Below the pieces are notes generated by a model. The model saw only the letters and a list, made by a program, of their open reading frames with translations, was not told the origin of the DNA and did not search any database. 64,000 nucleotides of DNA from a candidate division WOR-3 bacterium (GTDB lineage: Bacteria; Hydrothermota; 32-111), in NCBI GenBank assembly GCA_037481815.1, contig JBBFKX010000002.1, forward strand, positions 352,001-416,000, given 5' to 3'. Shown here piece after piece: positions 1-10,072 of this stretch. Position numbers and translations under genes: made by a program. Each line of letters starts with the position of its first letter. Within the stretch, counting starts at the first letter, position 1.

Positions 1-3000
1 TCGTTGGGTCATTAAGATAATCTTTATAATAAGCGATATATGATTCGTATGCTTCATCTTGTGAAACTGTTCCATCTCTATCAATATCTCTTCTGACATC
101 ATATCCTGGCTGCCCTATCGTATATGCATTGAATATATCTTTCTTTATAGATGCGAGTGTTGCGTTTCTATCTGGAAGACCTGTTGAAGCATAAACATCA
201 ACAACATTTCTTATATTGAAAAGGTTTGTCACTGTGACATAGAAGTTTGGTTCAAATGTTCCAAGTAAGAATCCTTTTCTGAATTTTAAATCAGTGTTGA
301 ATGTCCATGGTTTTCTTTCACTGTTTGTAACACCAGTTTTTACTCCTTTTTCATTAACAGGAGTATATGGCTGTCCTGAATTGATCGAGTTGTCAATTGA
401 AAGTGTCCAGTTGTCTGCATAAATTGGTAACTCTTTTGCAGGCATTCTTAAAACGAAGCCAATATTTATAGTATGTCTTTGGTCAAATGATAGATAATAT
501 GGAATCTTTGGCATCTGTATATCACCACCTGTCACAGGATCCCTTTCAGCATAGGTTAGATAATAACCTTCCCATGCATCTGATGCTGTTCCTTTTGCAA
601 ATGAAAGTGTGTATGCGATATCTGTTGAGAAATATTTTGATGATTTTGAGAAAGCAACTTCAAGACCTTTAACATTACCATACTCAACATTCATCAAAGC
701 ATAGTATGGTGCAGGTAACGCATAGACCTTTCTTGAACCAATAAGTCCATATATATCTTTATAATAAGTTGTGACATCAAGAGCCATATCAGCTCCGATC
801 TGAGTTGCTATACCAAATTCATAGGAAATTGTTCTTTCAGCATCAAGGTTTGGAGAACCTATATTCGAGTTTCCTCTCTTTGAAAGATCAACACCCATAC
901 CAGAGAACAGATAATCCATCTGTGGTGTCTGGAAGAAGTGTCCATAGTTGAAATGTAATACAGAAACTTCTGAAATTGGATGTGAAATTCCCAACCTTGG
1001 CGAGAATTTATATTTTTTAGCAGCCATCTGAACTGGCCATGTCAAAGTATCCCAAACAGAATCAGGATATCCTGGATATGAATCGGGTTTTGTGATATTT
1101 GGATTTGGAGTTATAATTATTGTCGTATCCCCTGTGATTGTATCAATTATCGTATCCTGTTGATAGAGTGGGAAACTTCTGTTGTTTGCAACATAATAGA
1201 AAGGAGTGTTGGCATCAAGATAATCGAATCTAAGACCAATGTTAACAACCATTCCTTCAAATTCCATCTTATCCTGTATATATGCTGCTGCCTGTTTTGG
1301 ATAAACATGGTATTGATCTGAGAATGGGTTTGGGTCCCATGGAAGGTAAAGGTCCCAGAGATAAAGTTCATACGCTTTATATTCAACACCCGTCTTCATC
1401 TCGTGGTATCTTCCTATCTGGCTTGTCCAGTCGGCTTTCACTGTAAGATAATTTGAATATCTAAAACTTGAACTTCCATACCAGTTTGGATAGATGTACT
1501 GTGCATCGATCCACCATCCCCATGGAGAGTTATTTTTCCACTTATCAACCATTCCAGGGACATAATGGAAGTTGTTTGTATCTATCACACCATAAGGTTT
1601 CCAGAATTCATACCATTTCGGTATCACAACTTCTGGTGGATAAACAGTATCACCATTTTCATCAAAAAGTATGCCATCAAACTCTGGTCCATAATGTGTT
1701 TGTGTATAGAAATAACTACCGGTTAAAGTAACAAAATTAGCCTGGTTTATCATCCAGTTTGCAGTTCCGTTGATCTGATATCCATCTGTGTTTCTTGTAA
1801 GATATCTTTCAAGGTTGTATTTCAGTGAATTGTTAAACTGCTGATATGAAGAGTGTGAATAGAAACCACCAAAATTTATTTTTAAATTGTTTGTTGGTTT
1901 CACTGTAAACTTTGCCTGTGCATGATATTCACTTCTCTTGTGATGTGGAACAACGATACCTAAATTATCCCAGTATGTTGGTCCATACCTATTCCACATA
2001 ACAGTATCAAGCACAACTTTGTTGAAATAATATGTTGTATCGTTAACAGAATCATAAACAGTATCAACACCAAATGTAAAATATGGTACCGAGTCCTGTG
2101 TCCAGTTTGATGTTGTAAATGTTGATTCAATATATGCATTACCTAATGAATCATAAGCAATATTGTAATCTACAAAATCATAGGAGAAAGCGTATCCTGA
2201 AGAATCATTTTTATAGAAAAAGTTTGGTTTATCAACAAAAAGTGGAGACCAATCGTTTGTTACATAAATATCACCTGAAACAAAAAATCTCAAAAGGTCT
2301 TTGTAAATTGGACCACCAATTGAATATTCCAACCTGTTATCACCATAATTGAAAGATTTTGGAAGGAACGAGTTTCCTTCATATCTTACCGTTCCTTCAA
2401 ATTTTTTCGAACCTTCTCTTGTAACAATATTAAGAATTCCTGACATTGCCTCACCATATTCTGCATTGAATCCACCGGAAATAAATTTAACTTCTGAAAC
2501 AGCATTTTTATTTATCGTTGCACCAAGACCTTTTGTAACAGGATCAATGATTGACATACCATCAACCATGTACCCAACTTCATCTGTTCTTCCACCTCTA
2601 ACATGGAGTTGCGTTCCTGAACCAACAACACCAGCATTATTTGCAACTGCTGCCATAATGTTGTTTGAGACCGATTCATCAAGAAGTTGCTGGTTCATCG
2701 TTCTTTCTTTCTGCGTGACATTTGTTTGTATCTTTGACTCTTTTGCTTCAACTATAACTGTATCATATTCTATAGCACCCATAACAAGTTCAAAGTTGAC
2801 AGTTGTATTAATATCAGCAGAAACAGAAATGTTTGTTTTTGTCTGGGTTTGATATGATATTATTTGAGCGGTAACGGAATAAACTCCAACTGGGACATTC
2901 AGAATAAAATAGTATCCATCAAGATCTGTAACAGCACCGATTCCAAGTTCAGGTATTATCACGTTAACACCTGGGATACCTTCTTTTGTCTGTTTGTCTA

Positions 3001-3103
3001 TAACTCTTCCAGTTATTTTACCTGTAACACCTGCAAAGATGTTCACTGAGAAGAGAAGGACCAGAAGGAGAATAATTCCAAAAAGATAACTTTTCTTAAA
3101 CAT
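1..3103 (-). CDS. TonB-dependent receptor with N-terminal carboxypeptidase-regulatory-like domain (3' end runs off window)
   Basis: Not in ORF track (no stop in window). Translated from ATG 3103 (SD AAGGAG): signal peptide, GKITGRVIDKQTKEGIPGVNV, plug motifs LHVRGGRTDEVGYMVDG and ISGGFNAEYGEAMSGILNIVTREG. Same frame reads as protein at spot-checked positions 1322-1360 and 2-90. Confidence 0.92.
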   Translation of the reverse strand, partial: MFKKSYLFGIILLLVLLFSVNIFAGVTGKITGRVIDKQTKEGIPGVNVIIPELGIGAVTDLDGYYFILNVPVGVYSVTAQIISYQTQTKTNISVSADINTTVNFELVMGAIEYDTVIVEAKESKIQTNVTQKERTMNQQLLDESVSNNIMAAVANNAGVVGSGTQLHVRGGRTDEVGYMVDGMSIIDPVTKGLGATINKNAVSEVKFISGGFNAEYGEAMSGILNIVTREGSKKFEGTVRYEGNSFLPKSFNYGDNRLEYSIGGPIYKDLLRFFVSGDIYVTNDWSPLFVDKPNFFYKNDSSGYAFSYDFVDYNIAYDSLGNAYIESTFTTSNWTQDSVPYFTFGVDTVYDSVNDTTYYFNKVVLDTVMWNRYGPTYWDNLGIVVPHHKRSEYHAQAKFTVKPTNNLKINFGGFYSHSSYQQFNNSLKYNLERYLTRNTDGYQINGTANWMINQANFVTLTGSYFYTQTHYGPEFDGILFDENGDTVYPPEVVIPKWYEFWKPYGVIDTNNFHYVPGMVDKWKNNSPWGWWIDAQYIYPNWYGSSSFRYSNYLTVKADWTSQIGRYHEMKTGVEYKAYELYLWDLYLPWDPNPFSDQYHVYPKQAAAYIQDKMEFEGMVVNIGLRFDYLDANTPFYYVANNRSFPLYQQDTIIDTITGDTTIIITPNPNITKPDSYPGYPDSVWDTLTWPVQMAAKKYKFSPRLGISHPISEVSVLHFNYGHFFQTPQMDYLFSGMGVDLSKRGNSNIGSPNLDAERTISYEFGIATQIGADMALDVTTYYKDIYGLIGSRKVYALPAPYYALMNVEYGNVKGLEVAFSKSSKYFSTDIAYTLSFAKGTASDAWEGYYLTYAERDPVTGGDIQMPKIPYYLSFDQRHTINIGFVLRMPAKELPIYADNWTLSIDNSINSGQPYTPVNEKGVKTGVTNSERKPWTFNTDLKFRKGFLLGTFEPNFYVTVTNLFNIRNVVDVYASTGLPDRNATLASIKKDIFNAYTIGQPGYDVRRDIDRDGTVSQDEAYESYIAYYKDYLNDPT

Positions 3104-3134
3104 TATTACTCTCCTTTTTAAATCTTAAAATTGT

Positions 3135-3166
3135 AAAAAAAAGGGGAAACAGAAGTTTCCCCTTTT
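3135..3166 (-). terminator. Rho-independent terminator
   Basis: AAAAGGGGAAAC-agaa-GTTTCCCCTTTT hairpin (3139-3166) with a U-tract on the minus strand, just after the stop at 3182. Confidence 0.85.
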
Positions 3167-3181
3167 AAAAGTTTGAATAAC

Positions 3182-5077
3182 TTATTTAACTGTGACAATC
3201 TTCTTTGTGAAGTTGTTGACACCATCATTAACCTTTACAAAGTAAACACCCTGTTTCAGGTTAAGATTGAGTGAGTGGGTTCCTTTTGCAAAGAATTTGT
3301 TAATTTTGTTTACAACTCTTCCTGTTGCATCATAAACTGATATTTCAACATTCTTACCTTCACTCATAACAAAACTGATCGTTCCATTCTTGCTGAATGT
3401 TGATACATTGTAAACATTTTTGTTAACTCTTGAAGAAACTTCTGAGTTCATACCCCAGACAGTTGTTCCAAGTTCTTCCCAAACAAGTGTTGGATCATTT
3501 ATATCAATTGCCGCATAATAAATTGAGTCCTGTGAACCTGCAACACCTGCTATATGTATAAGTCCATTTTCATCAACATATTTACCACATTCAACTTCAT
3601 AAAGTCCTGCATTTAAAAGTATCGTTGTTCTATAAACTTTATCTGTAATAGTATCAAGCTTTAATGCCTCAACTGATGTTCCACCAAAGACTGGGTCAAC
3701 ATAATCAAGGTAAATTATATACATTCTACCAGTTGCTTGATCATAGCAGAGGTTTGCACTGTATGCGTTTCCTCTCCATGTTGCTGTTGCACCAGTGTTA
3801 TCCAAAACATCACCATCATGTATGTCTATATAGTCATATCTGAAGTTGGTTTCACCATCAAATTTGTATCCAAAAAGAATTGACTGACCCTGCCATATAA
3901 ATGTATATAAATCACCATCTTCATAATAATCTACAAAAAAGTCATTTAAAGGTATAACATAAGCCATTACACCTGTTCCTCTTTCTGGATAGAATTCAGC
4001 ATCCCACCAGTACCACCATGTTCCAAATCCATCACCAAGTGCATTTCCAAGTTCATCTGTCCATCCACCAGTTGCAGTATCAAGGTAGGCTTTAACTGGG
4101 AACGCATCGTTTGTCGAGTTTGCTGTTGTGTCAAGATTATATATAACTGTGTCACCATTTATTGTATTAACATTTGGCCAGATATTTCCCTCAAAGAGAC
4201 CATAGTATGCATCCCATGTTACACCAAGATCTGTTGTCTTCGCATAACCTGGAATTATCGCTGAACCTGGTCCTGATGCAAGGATATCTGATCTTGTTTC
4301 ATTTTCCCAGACCATTCCAAAAATACCATGAACATCATCATTGTTTCCCCATCTAATTGCTGAAACATCTATTTCCCAGAGTGTAGTAGTATTGAGTGTT
4401 GCCGGGAAATCATATGTTCCCCATGTTGCACCATAATCTGTTGAATGGTTTGAACCGAATCCGCCTGCAAAATCATAAGCAATCATTACAACTTTGTCTC
4501 CATCTGGATTAACTGCGATTGATGGCATATATGCCATATAGTTTGCTGTATCTGTAACAAGTATTGGAGCACTCCATCCACCACCATTTGCACCAAGTAG
4601 ATCTGCTGTGAACCAATCACCCCAATATGCAGATGTTCTGTAATTGATTATAACATAAGGTGCTTCACCCAATGCAGCAACTGAAACCATTTCATTATAG
4701 TTTCTTGCAAATGGACCTGTTGCTGTTATTAGTGTTGGTGTTGACCATGTTGATCCACCGTCCAAACTTGCTGTATAATATACACCTTGGAAAGCACCAC
4801 CATTATACCAACCAGAAACTACCTGTATTGTCTGTCCATCTTTTGATGAAACTATACTCTGTAGTGGTGTTGGAGCAAATCCTCTCATATCACCACCAAG
4901 TTCAAGTATTCCTTTCATCCCTGCTGCCTGTGCATCAGCATCTTTTGTCTCCAAAAATTTACCATCCTGTGAAACTTTTGTAACCTGTCTTATCTTTGCA
5001 AGTGCATCATTTGTTGGCATTGCAAACAAAGAAAATGCAAATGCCAATACAAAGAGAAGAACAAATACTCTCTTCAT
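3182..5077 (-). CDS. Secreted BNR/Asp-box beta-propeller protein with T9SS type-A-like C-terminal sorting domain
   Basis: Signal peptide; Asp-boxes SLDGGSTWS, STDYGATWG, TTDLGVTWD; C-terminus ISVYDATGRVV...LKQGVYFVKV...TKKIVTVK. Confidence 0.8.
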   Translation of the reverse strand: MKRVFVLLFVLAFAFSLFAMPTNDALAKIRQVTKVSQDGKFLETKDADAQAAGMKGILELGGDMRGFAPTPLQSIVSSKDGQTIQVVSGWYNGGAFQGVYYTASLDGGSTWSTPTLITATGPFARNYNEMVSVAALGEAPYVIINYRTSAYWGDWFTADLLGANGGGWSAPILVTDTANYMAYMPSIAVNPDGDKVVMIAYDFAGGFGSNHSTDYGATWGTYDFPATLNTTTLWEIDVSAIRWGNNDDVHGIFGMVWENETRSDILASGPGSAIIPGYAKTTDLGVTWDAYYGLFEGNIWPNVNTINGDTVIYNLDTTANSTNDAFPVKAYLDTATGGWTDELGNALGDGFGTWWYWWDAEFYPERGTGVMAYVIPLNDFFVDYYEDGDLYTFIWQGQSILFGYKFDGETNFRYDYIDIHDGDVLDNTGATATWRGNAYSANLCYDQATGRMYIIYLDYVDPVFGGTSVEALKLDTITDKVYRTTILLNAGLYEVECGKYVDENGLIHIAGVAGSQDSIYYAAIDINDPTLVWEELGTTVWGMNSEVSSRVNKNVYNVSTFSKNGTISFVMSEGKNVEISVYDATGRVVNKINKFFAKGTHSLNLNLKQGVYFVKVNDGVNNFTKKIVTVK

Positions 5078-5154
5078 TTTACCTCCTATCTTTAAGGTTT
5101 CCTTTTTTCTTGAGAAGAACCATCTCTTTTTTATTTTTCCTCCTTTTATCTTTT

Positions 5155-5183
5155 ATTTTAGAATCAACTTTAAAAAAAGTCAA
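5155..5183 (-). promoter_or_regulatory. sigma70-type promoter of the 631-aa gene
   Basis: TTGACT (5183-5178), 17 nt, TAAAAT (5160-5155). Confidence 0.6.
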
Positions 5184-5192
5184 TAGTTTTTT

Positions 5193-5266
5193 TACACCCG
5201 AAAGGATTTGAACCTTCAACCTGCGGAACCGGAATCCGCTGCTCTATCCAGTTGAGCTACGGGTGT
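5193..5266 (-). tRNA. tRNA-Arg(CCG), CCA not encoded
   Basis: Cloverleaf ACACCCG-TA-GCTC AACTGGATA GAGC-A-GCGGA TT CCG GT TCCGC-AGGTT-GAAGG TTCAAAT CCTTT-CGGGTGT-A. Confidence 0.95.
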
Positions 5267-5358
5267 CATTTTTTCTTTTTATGACGCATCGCTTTTCTTC
5301 TTTTCTTTCTTTTATGAGTTGCTATCTTTTTTCTTTTTCTCTTTCTTCCACAGGGCAT
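5266..5358 (-). CDS. 30-aa basic peptide, AURKAIP1/COX24 (bS22/mS38-like) small ribosomal protein family
   Basis: SD AAGGAGG, then MPCGRKRKRKKIATHKRKKRRKAMRHKKKK*. Below ORF-track length cutoff. Confidence 0.85.
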   Translation of the reverse strand: MPCGRKRKRKKIATHKRKKRRKAMRHKKKK

Positions 5359-5368
5359 TTATACCTCC

Positions 5369-5677
5369 TTATCTTTTTTCAACTTTCTCTTTCAAAATTT
5401 TTGATGGTTTAAAAGCAGGAACATATCTTTCTGGAACTTCAACCTGTGCTCCTGTTTTTGGATGTCTTGCGATTCTCTGTCTTCTCTTCTTTGTTTTAAA
5501 AACTCCAAGTCCTCTGATCTCTATCCTATCCCTGTTAACAAGTGTTTCGGTTATCAGATCTATCAAAGTTTCAAAACAGATTTCAACATCCCTTCTCATA
5601 ACCCCTGTTCTTTCAGCAATCTGATCTATAACATCAGCTTTCGTTTTTGTTTTTGCCTTATCTTTTACTTCAGCCAT
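5369..5677 (-). CDS. hup: HU/IHF family DNA-binding protein
   Basis: TKADVIDQIAE...IEIRGLGVF...RIARHPKTGAQVEVPERYVPAFKPSK. Confidence 0.92.
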   Translation of the reverse strand: MAEVKDKAKTKTKADVIDQIAERTGVMRRDVEICFETLIDLITETLVNRDRIEIRGLGVFKTKKRRQRIARHPKTGAQVEVPERYVPAFKPSKILKEKVEKR

Positions 5678-5735
5678 ACTTCCCCCTTTTTGTTAATATT
5701 ATCAGGTGATTTTTAAAAGTCAAGTTCTTAAAATT

Positions 5736-6236
5736 TTAAAATTCTTTTCTTATTCTGTCTATAAAACTTTTTAAGTTAATCACTACTAAAGAATCTTTAC
5801 ATTCATCCTCAGATAATTTCGTTTCAAAAATTTTTTCAGTAAGCACATTCTCTGTAACATTTAAAATTCGAAATTCAACATTCAATACATATTTATAACT
5901 TTTTATGTTTCCGTCCTCTCCATAACCATAAATGGATCTTGAATAATCTTTGATAGTAATGTTCAAACTGTCCCTTTCGCTTTGCTCATTAACAATTTTT
6001 ACATTCGCATAAACTGGAAAGATTTCAAAGATCCTGTTATAAAATTTTTCTTCAAAATCAAGATAAAAAGTTCTGTTTTCAATTTTTCCCAAAACAACCC
6101 TTTCAAAAGGCAAACTTCCTTTTACAAACGAGTAAAAACAACCTTCAAAACTAATCAGAGATAGTATAATTATTAAAAAGATACCTTTTAATCTTTTTGG
6201 TTGTTGTTTTAGGAAACTCTTCATATCTGATATCAA
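5736..6236 (-). CDS. Lipoprotein, LptE-like (start uncertain)
   Basis: Hydrophobic stretch then lipobox-like EGC followed by FYSF..G.LP and IENRT; size fits LptE. Confidence 0.5.
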   Translation of the reverse strand: MISDMKSFLKQQPKRLKGIFLIIILSLISFEGCFYSFVKGSLPFERVVLGKIENRTFYLDFEEKFYNRIFEIFPVYANVKIVNEQSERDSLNITIKDYSRSIYGYGEDGNIKSYKYVLNVEFRILNVTENVLTEKIFETKLSEDECKDSLVVINLKSFIDRIRKEF

Positions 6237-7875
6237 ATTTTTTCACCCTCTTATAATCAGCAAGATTTTCACATATTTTTGCGATCTCTTTTCCTATTAT
6301 CTCTTTTAATTCTTTGTGCCCTTCCTCTTCTGAAAGATTCTTTTTCATAACATTTTCAATAAGTTCTGGGTTTGGATAAACGACAGCACCGACCTCTTCT
6401 CTTCCAGTTTTTTTATTTATCACAGGTAAAACTAAAACCTCTTCGATAAGTTCACTTTCTCCAAGCATCTCCTCTATCTCTTCAGGGTAAACATTTTTTC
6501 CCGCTTCTGTAACTATAATGGATTTTTTTCTTCCCGAGATATAAAGATATCCCTCTTTATCCTTGTATCCAATATCGCCAGTATAAAACCATCCATCTTT
6601 TATAACAGCATCGGTTGCTGATTGGTTGTTGTAGTAACCTTTCATAACTATTGGACCTTTGATTTTCAATTCTCCTTCTCCATTTTCATTCGGGCTATCT
6701 ATTTCAACTTCAACTCCTTCGATTGGAATACCAATCGAACGATGTTTGTATTTATGTAAAGGATTTACGGAAACAACTGGAGAGGTTTCAGTAAGACCAT
6801 AACCCTGAACAAGCAAAAATCCAAACGATTCAAAACTTTCCGCAACTTCTGGTTTTAATGCTGCACCACCTGAAATCATCAATCTGATCGTTGAAAGTCC
6901 CGATTTTTCCCTTAAGGATTTAAAAATTGGACTTCCAAGTTTAATGTTAAGTAAAAATTTTGAACCCTTTTCAATAGCAAGCATTCCATTGACTATCGTA
7001 TTCGTAACAGGTGATTTTTTGATCGCTCGTTTTATTCCAAGGATTATCTTTTCAAAAAGAAGGGGAACACCAAGCATAATCGTTGATTGTGAATCTTTTA
7101 TATCCTCTAAGATTTCGTTTGGTTTTAAAGATCTTGCATAGGTTATTGTGCAGCCATTATAAAGTGGTAACAAAAAACCTGCTGTTGCTTCAAATGTATG
7201 GTGAAGAGGAAGAACAGATATGAATCTATCATTCTCTTTTACTTCGATAAGTTTTGCACTGTAGATGATATCATAACTTATATTCCTGCTTGTAAGCATA
7301 ACTCCCTTTGATTGTCCTGTTGTGCCTGATGTAAAAATTATAACATAGGGATCATCAAGAGAAACTTTTACATCTTTATACTTATGGGAACCTGATTCGA
7401 TAAGTTTTCTCCCCTCTTCAAGTGCAACATAAAAAGGAATTTCATGTGTGTGTTCTGCTTCATCCATCGAAATAACATATTTTAAATCTGGAAGCGAATC
7501 TTTTATCTCATTTATAAGATCTAAATATCTTGGAGATACAAAAATCCCTTTTGCTCCAATGTAATGGAGTATCATTTTTATCTCTTTCTCTTTTAACATC
7601 GAATCTATGGGGATTACATAAGCCCCACTCCTTGCTATCGAAAGATATGAAACAGCCCATTCAGGTCGATTTTCTCCAAGTACAGCAAATGCATCTCCCC
7701 TTTTGACACCAAGGTGTAAAAGATATTCAGCAAGTTTTTTCGTCATATCGTTCAACTGTTCATATGTTATAGATCTGAAAGTGTATCCTGATTTTATCTG
7801 TAAAGCAATTTTACTTCCAAACTTTCTTGCGGAAATTTCTGGAATATCTTTGATCAAAAATAGATCTTCCATCAA
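6151..7875 (-). CDS. Long-chain fatty acid--CoA ligase (AMP-binding)
   Basis: IIFTSGTTGQSKGVML, QGYGLTE, TGDIG, GRKKS, GKNVYPEEIE. Confidence 0.93.
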   Translation of the reverse strand: MMEDLFLIKDIPEISARKFGSKIALQIKSGYTFRSITYEQLNDMTKKLAEYLLHLGVKRGDAFAVLGENRPEWAVSYLSIARSGAYVIPIDSMLKEKEIKMILHYIGAKGIFVSPRYLDLINEIKDSLPDLKYVISMDEAEHTHEIPFYVALEEGRKLIESGSHKYKDVKVSLDDPYVIIFTSGTTGQSKGVMLTSRNISYDIIYSAKLIEVKENDRFISVLPLHHTFEATAGFLLPLYNGCTITYARSLKPNEILEDIKDSQSTIMLGVPLLFEKIILGIKRAIKKSPVTNTIVNGMLAIEKGSKFLLNIKLGSPIFKSLREKSGLSTIRLMISGGAALKPEVAESFESFGFLLVQGYGLTETSPVVSVNPLHKYKHRSIGIPIEGVEVEIDSPNENGEGELKIKGPIVMKGYYNNQSATDAVIKDGWFYTGDIGYKDKEGYLYISGRKKSIIVTEAGKNVYPEEIEEMLGESELIEEVLVLPVINKKTGREEVGAVVYPNPELIENVMKKNLSEEEGHKELKEIIGKEIAKICENLADYKRVKKFDIRYEEFPKTTTKKIKRYLFNNYTISD

Positions 7876-7881
7876 AACTCC

Positions 7882-8475
7882 TTATTCGTTAACATCTATA
7901 AGTTCCCATTCAGAATAGTTACCATTTGTGTATTCCAATCTTTTATAGAGAAGCCCCTTAGAAATTGACCAGTAGAGATAACCGTAATAATCATCTTCCA
8001 TAATTTTTACTTTAACAACATCGCTGAATGTTCCAGCACTCACTTCAACTGTTGTATCTATTGCTGCAATCTTTCTTGTTTCCGATTTATAAAGCCATGA
8101 ATTATCAATTTCAACAGGTGTTTCAAGATATACTTCCTCTTCTGAAAAACCTGAGAAATATTCATCCTTTCCGTAGAAAATCAAATTTTCATCTTTGTCG
8201 ATTATCAAAAATCTTGTTTGTCCGTCATCGTTAATCGTGTAAACTTTTCGATCGGTCTTATCTGTGAAATCAACTATTTTCCATTCATAGTTATCAGTTG
8301 TGGTATAGTTTATCGCTGATATATAGGTTGTAAACTTGTAATAGTATGTCATATCCTCTTTAAAATTGGAAGACCAATCATAAATGTTGTTTGGGTCTTT
8401 TACCCATGGAAGAAGTGTACAACTCGACAGAATAAAAGCAATGAGAAAAATGAAAAAAGAAATTTTTTTAACCAT
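7882..8475 (-). CDS. Hypothetical lipoprotein
   Basis: Lipobox LSSC; SD GGAGG; C-terminal VEVSAGTF motif. Confidence 0.7.
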   Translation of the reverse strand: MVKKISFFIFLIAFILSSCTLLPWVKDPNNIYDWSSNFKEDMTYYYKFTTYISAINYTTTDNYEWKIVDFTDKTDRKVYTINDDGQTRFLIIDKDENLIFYGKDEYFSGFSEEEVYLETPVEIDNSWLYKSETRKIAAIDTTVEVSAGTFSDVVKVKIMEDDYYGYLYWSISKGLLYKRLEYTNGNYSEWELIDVNE

Positions 8476-8483
8476 TTTACCTC

Positions 8484-9653
8484 CTAATACATATCTGTTA
8501 TCTCACAGCCCCTTTTAATGATCTCCTGAGCTATAACAAGTCGTTGTATCTGATTGGTCCCTTCATATATCTGTGTTATTTTTGCATCTCTCATCATCTT
8601 TTCAACAGGATACTCTTTTATGTAGCCATATCCACCAAAAACCTGAACCGCATCGGTTGTTACTTCCATTGCAACATCTGAACAGAAGGTCTTTACCATC
8701 GAACCAACTCTTGCAATATCCTTTCCGCCACCATCAACATATCTTGCGGATGTGTATGTTAACGCTCTTGCTGCTTCAATTTTTATAGCCATATTTGCTA
8801 TCATATTTTGAACCATCTGGAATGTAATAATTTTTTGCCCAAACTGAACTCTCTGTTGAGCATAGTTAACAGATTCTTCATAAGCGCCCTGTGCTATACC
8901 AAGGGCCTGAGCACCAACTCCTATTCTTGAATAATCAAGTGTTTTCATCGCAACTTTAAATCCCTGCCCTTCACCACCAAGAATATTTTCCTTTGGAACC
9001 TTACAGTTATCAAAAACAAGTTCAACAGTTGCAGATGCTCTTATTCCCATCTTATTTTCATGTTTTCCAAAAGTGAAACCTTTCTCTCCCTTTTCAACAA
9101 TGAATGCTGTAAGGCCTCTGATACCTTTTTCAGGATTTGCATTCGCTATTATAACATATATATCAGCAACTTCACCGTTGGTTATAAACTGTTTTGTTCC
9201 GGTTATATAATAAAAATCACCATCCCTTTTTGCAACCGTCTTTATGTTTGATGCATCACTTCCAGCATCCGGTTCAGTTAAACCAAAGGCAGCGAGTTTT
9301 TCTCCAGACGCTATCTGTGGTAAATATTTTTTCTTCTGTTCCTCATTCCCAAAAAGTATTATCGGCATCGTTCCAAGACCTGTTCCAGCGTATCCTAATG
9401 CTATACCAGCACAAACTCTTGATAACTCTTCAGTTGCTATCGACATTCCTGTGATTCCAAGTCCCATACCCTCATATTCTTCGGGTATAAACACTCTGAA
9501 AAGATCCGATTTTGCAAGGTATTCCATTATCTCATAGGGGAATTTTGCTGTTTCATCATATTCCTGTCTTACTGGCTTTATCTTTTCCTCAGCGATCTGT
9601 CTAGAAAGATTTTTGACTTCAAGCAGTTCTTCTGATAATAAAAGATGCATCAA
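8484..9653 (-). CDS. Acyl-CoA dehydrogenase (short/branched chain)
   Basis: AFGLTEPDAGSDA, GTKQFITNG, KMGIRAS, QVFGGYGYIKEYPVEKMMRDAKITQIYEGTNQIQ. Confidence 0.95.
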   Translation of the reverse strand: MMHLLLSEELLEVKNLSRQIAEEKIKPVRQEYDETAKFPYEIMEYLAKSDLFRVFIPEEYEGMGLGITGMSIATEELSRVCAGIALGYAGTGLGTMPIILFGNEEQKKKYLPQIASGEKLAAFGLTEPDAGSDASNIKTVAKRDGDFYYITGTKQFITNGEVADIYVIIANANPEKGIRGLTAFIVEKGEKGFTFGKHENKMGIRASATVELVFDNCKVPKENILGGEGQGFKVAMKTLDYSRIGVGAQALGIAQGAYEESVNYAQQRVQFGQKIITFQMVQNMIANMAIKIEAARALTYTSARYVDGGGKDIARVGSMVKTFCSDVAMEVTTDAVQVFGGYGYIKEYPVEKMMRDAKITQIYEGTNQIQRLVIAQEIIKRGCEITDMY

Positions 9654-9667
9654 ACCTCCTATATATA

Positions 9668-10072
9668 TTATTTTCTATTCTTTTCAAACCAATCTTTTAA
9701 ATATTCTATAACTTCTTTTGTTTGACTTCCTGGACCGAAAAGTTTTCCAACACCCATTTTTTCTAATTCTTCCATATCTTCTTTGGGTATGATTCCTCCA
9801 CCAAAAAGAAGTATATCATCCCTTTTGTTCTCTTTCAAAAGTTTTAAAACTTTTGGAAAAATTGTCATATGTGCACCTGAAAGTATCGAAAGCCCAACAG
9901 CGTCAACATCTTCATCGATTGCGGTTTTTACTATCTTTTCAGGTGTTTGATGTAATCCTGTATATATAACTTCCATTCCAGCATCGGACAGAGCAGACGC
10001 AATTACTTTCGCTCCCCTATCGTGTCCATCAAGTCCTGGTTTAGCAACAAGAACTTTTATTTTTCTTTCCAT
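9668..10072 (-). CDS. Cobalamin-binding small subunit of methylmalonyl-CoA-type mutase
   Basis: [11 protein letters not shown] (DxHxxG), SILSGAH, GGIIP. Confidence 0.93.
   Translation of the reverse strand: MERKIKVLVAKPGLDGHDRGAKVIASALSDAGMEVIYTGLHQTPEKIVKTAIDEDVDAVGLSILSGAHMTIFPKVLKLLKENKRDDILLFGGGIIPKEDMEELEKMGVGKLFGPGSQTKEVIEYLKDWFEKNRK

Noticed and set aside
487..3049. Short ORF-track entries in the first 3 kb
   Set aside because: All overlap the long minus-strand TonB receptor frame; shadow ORFs.
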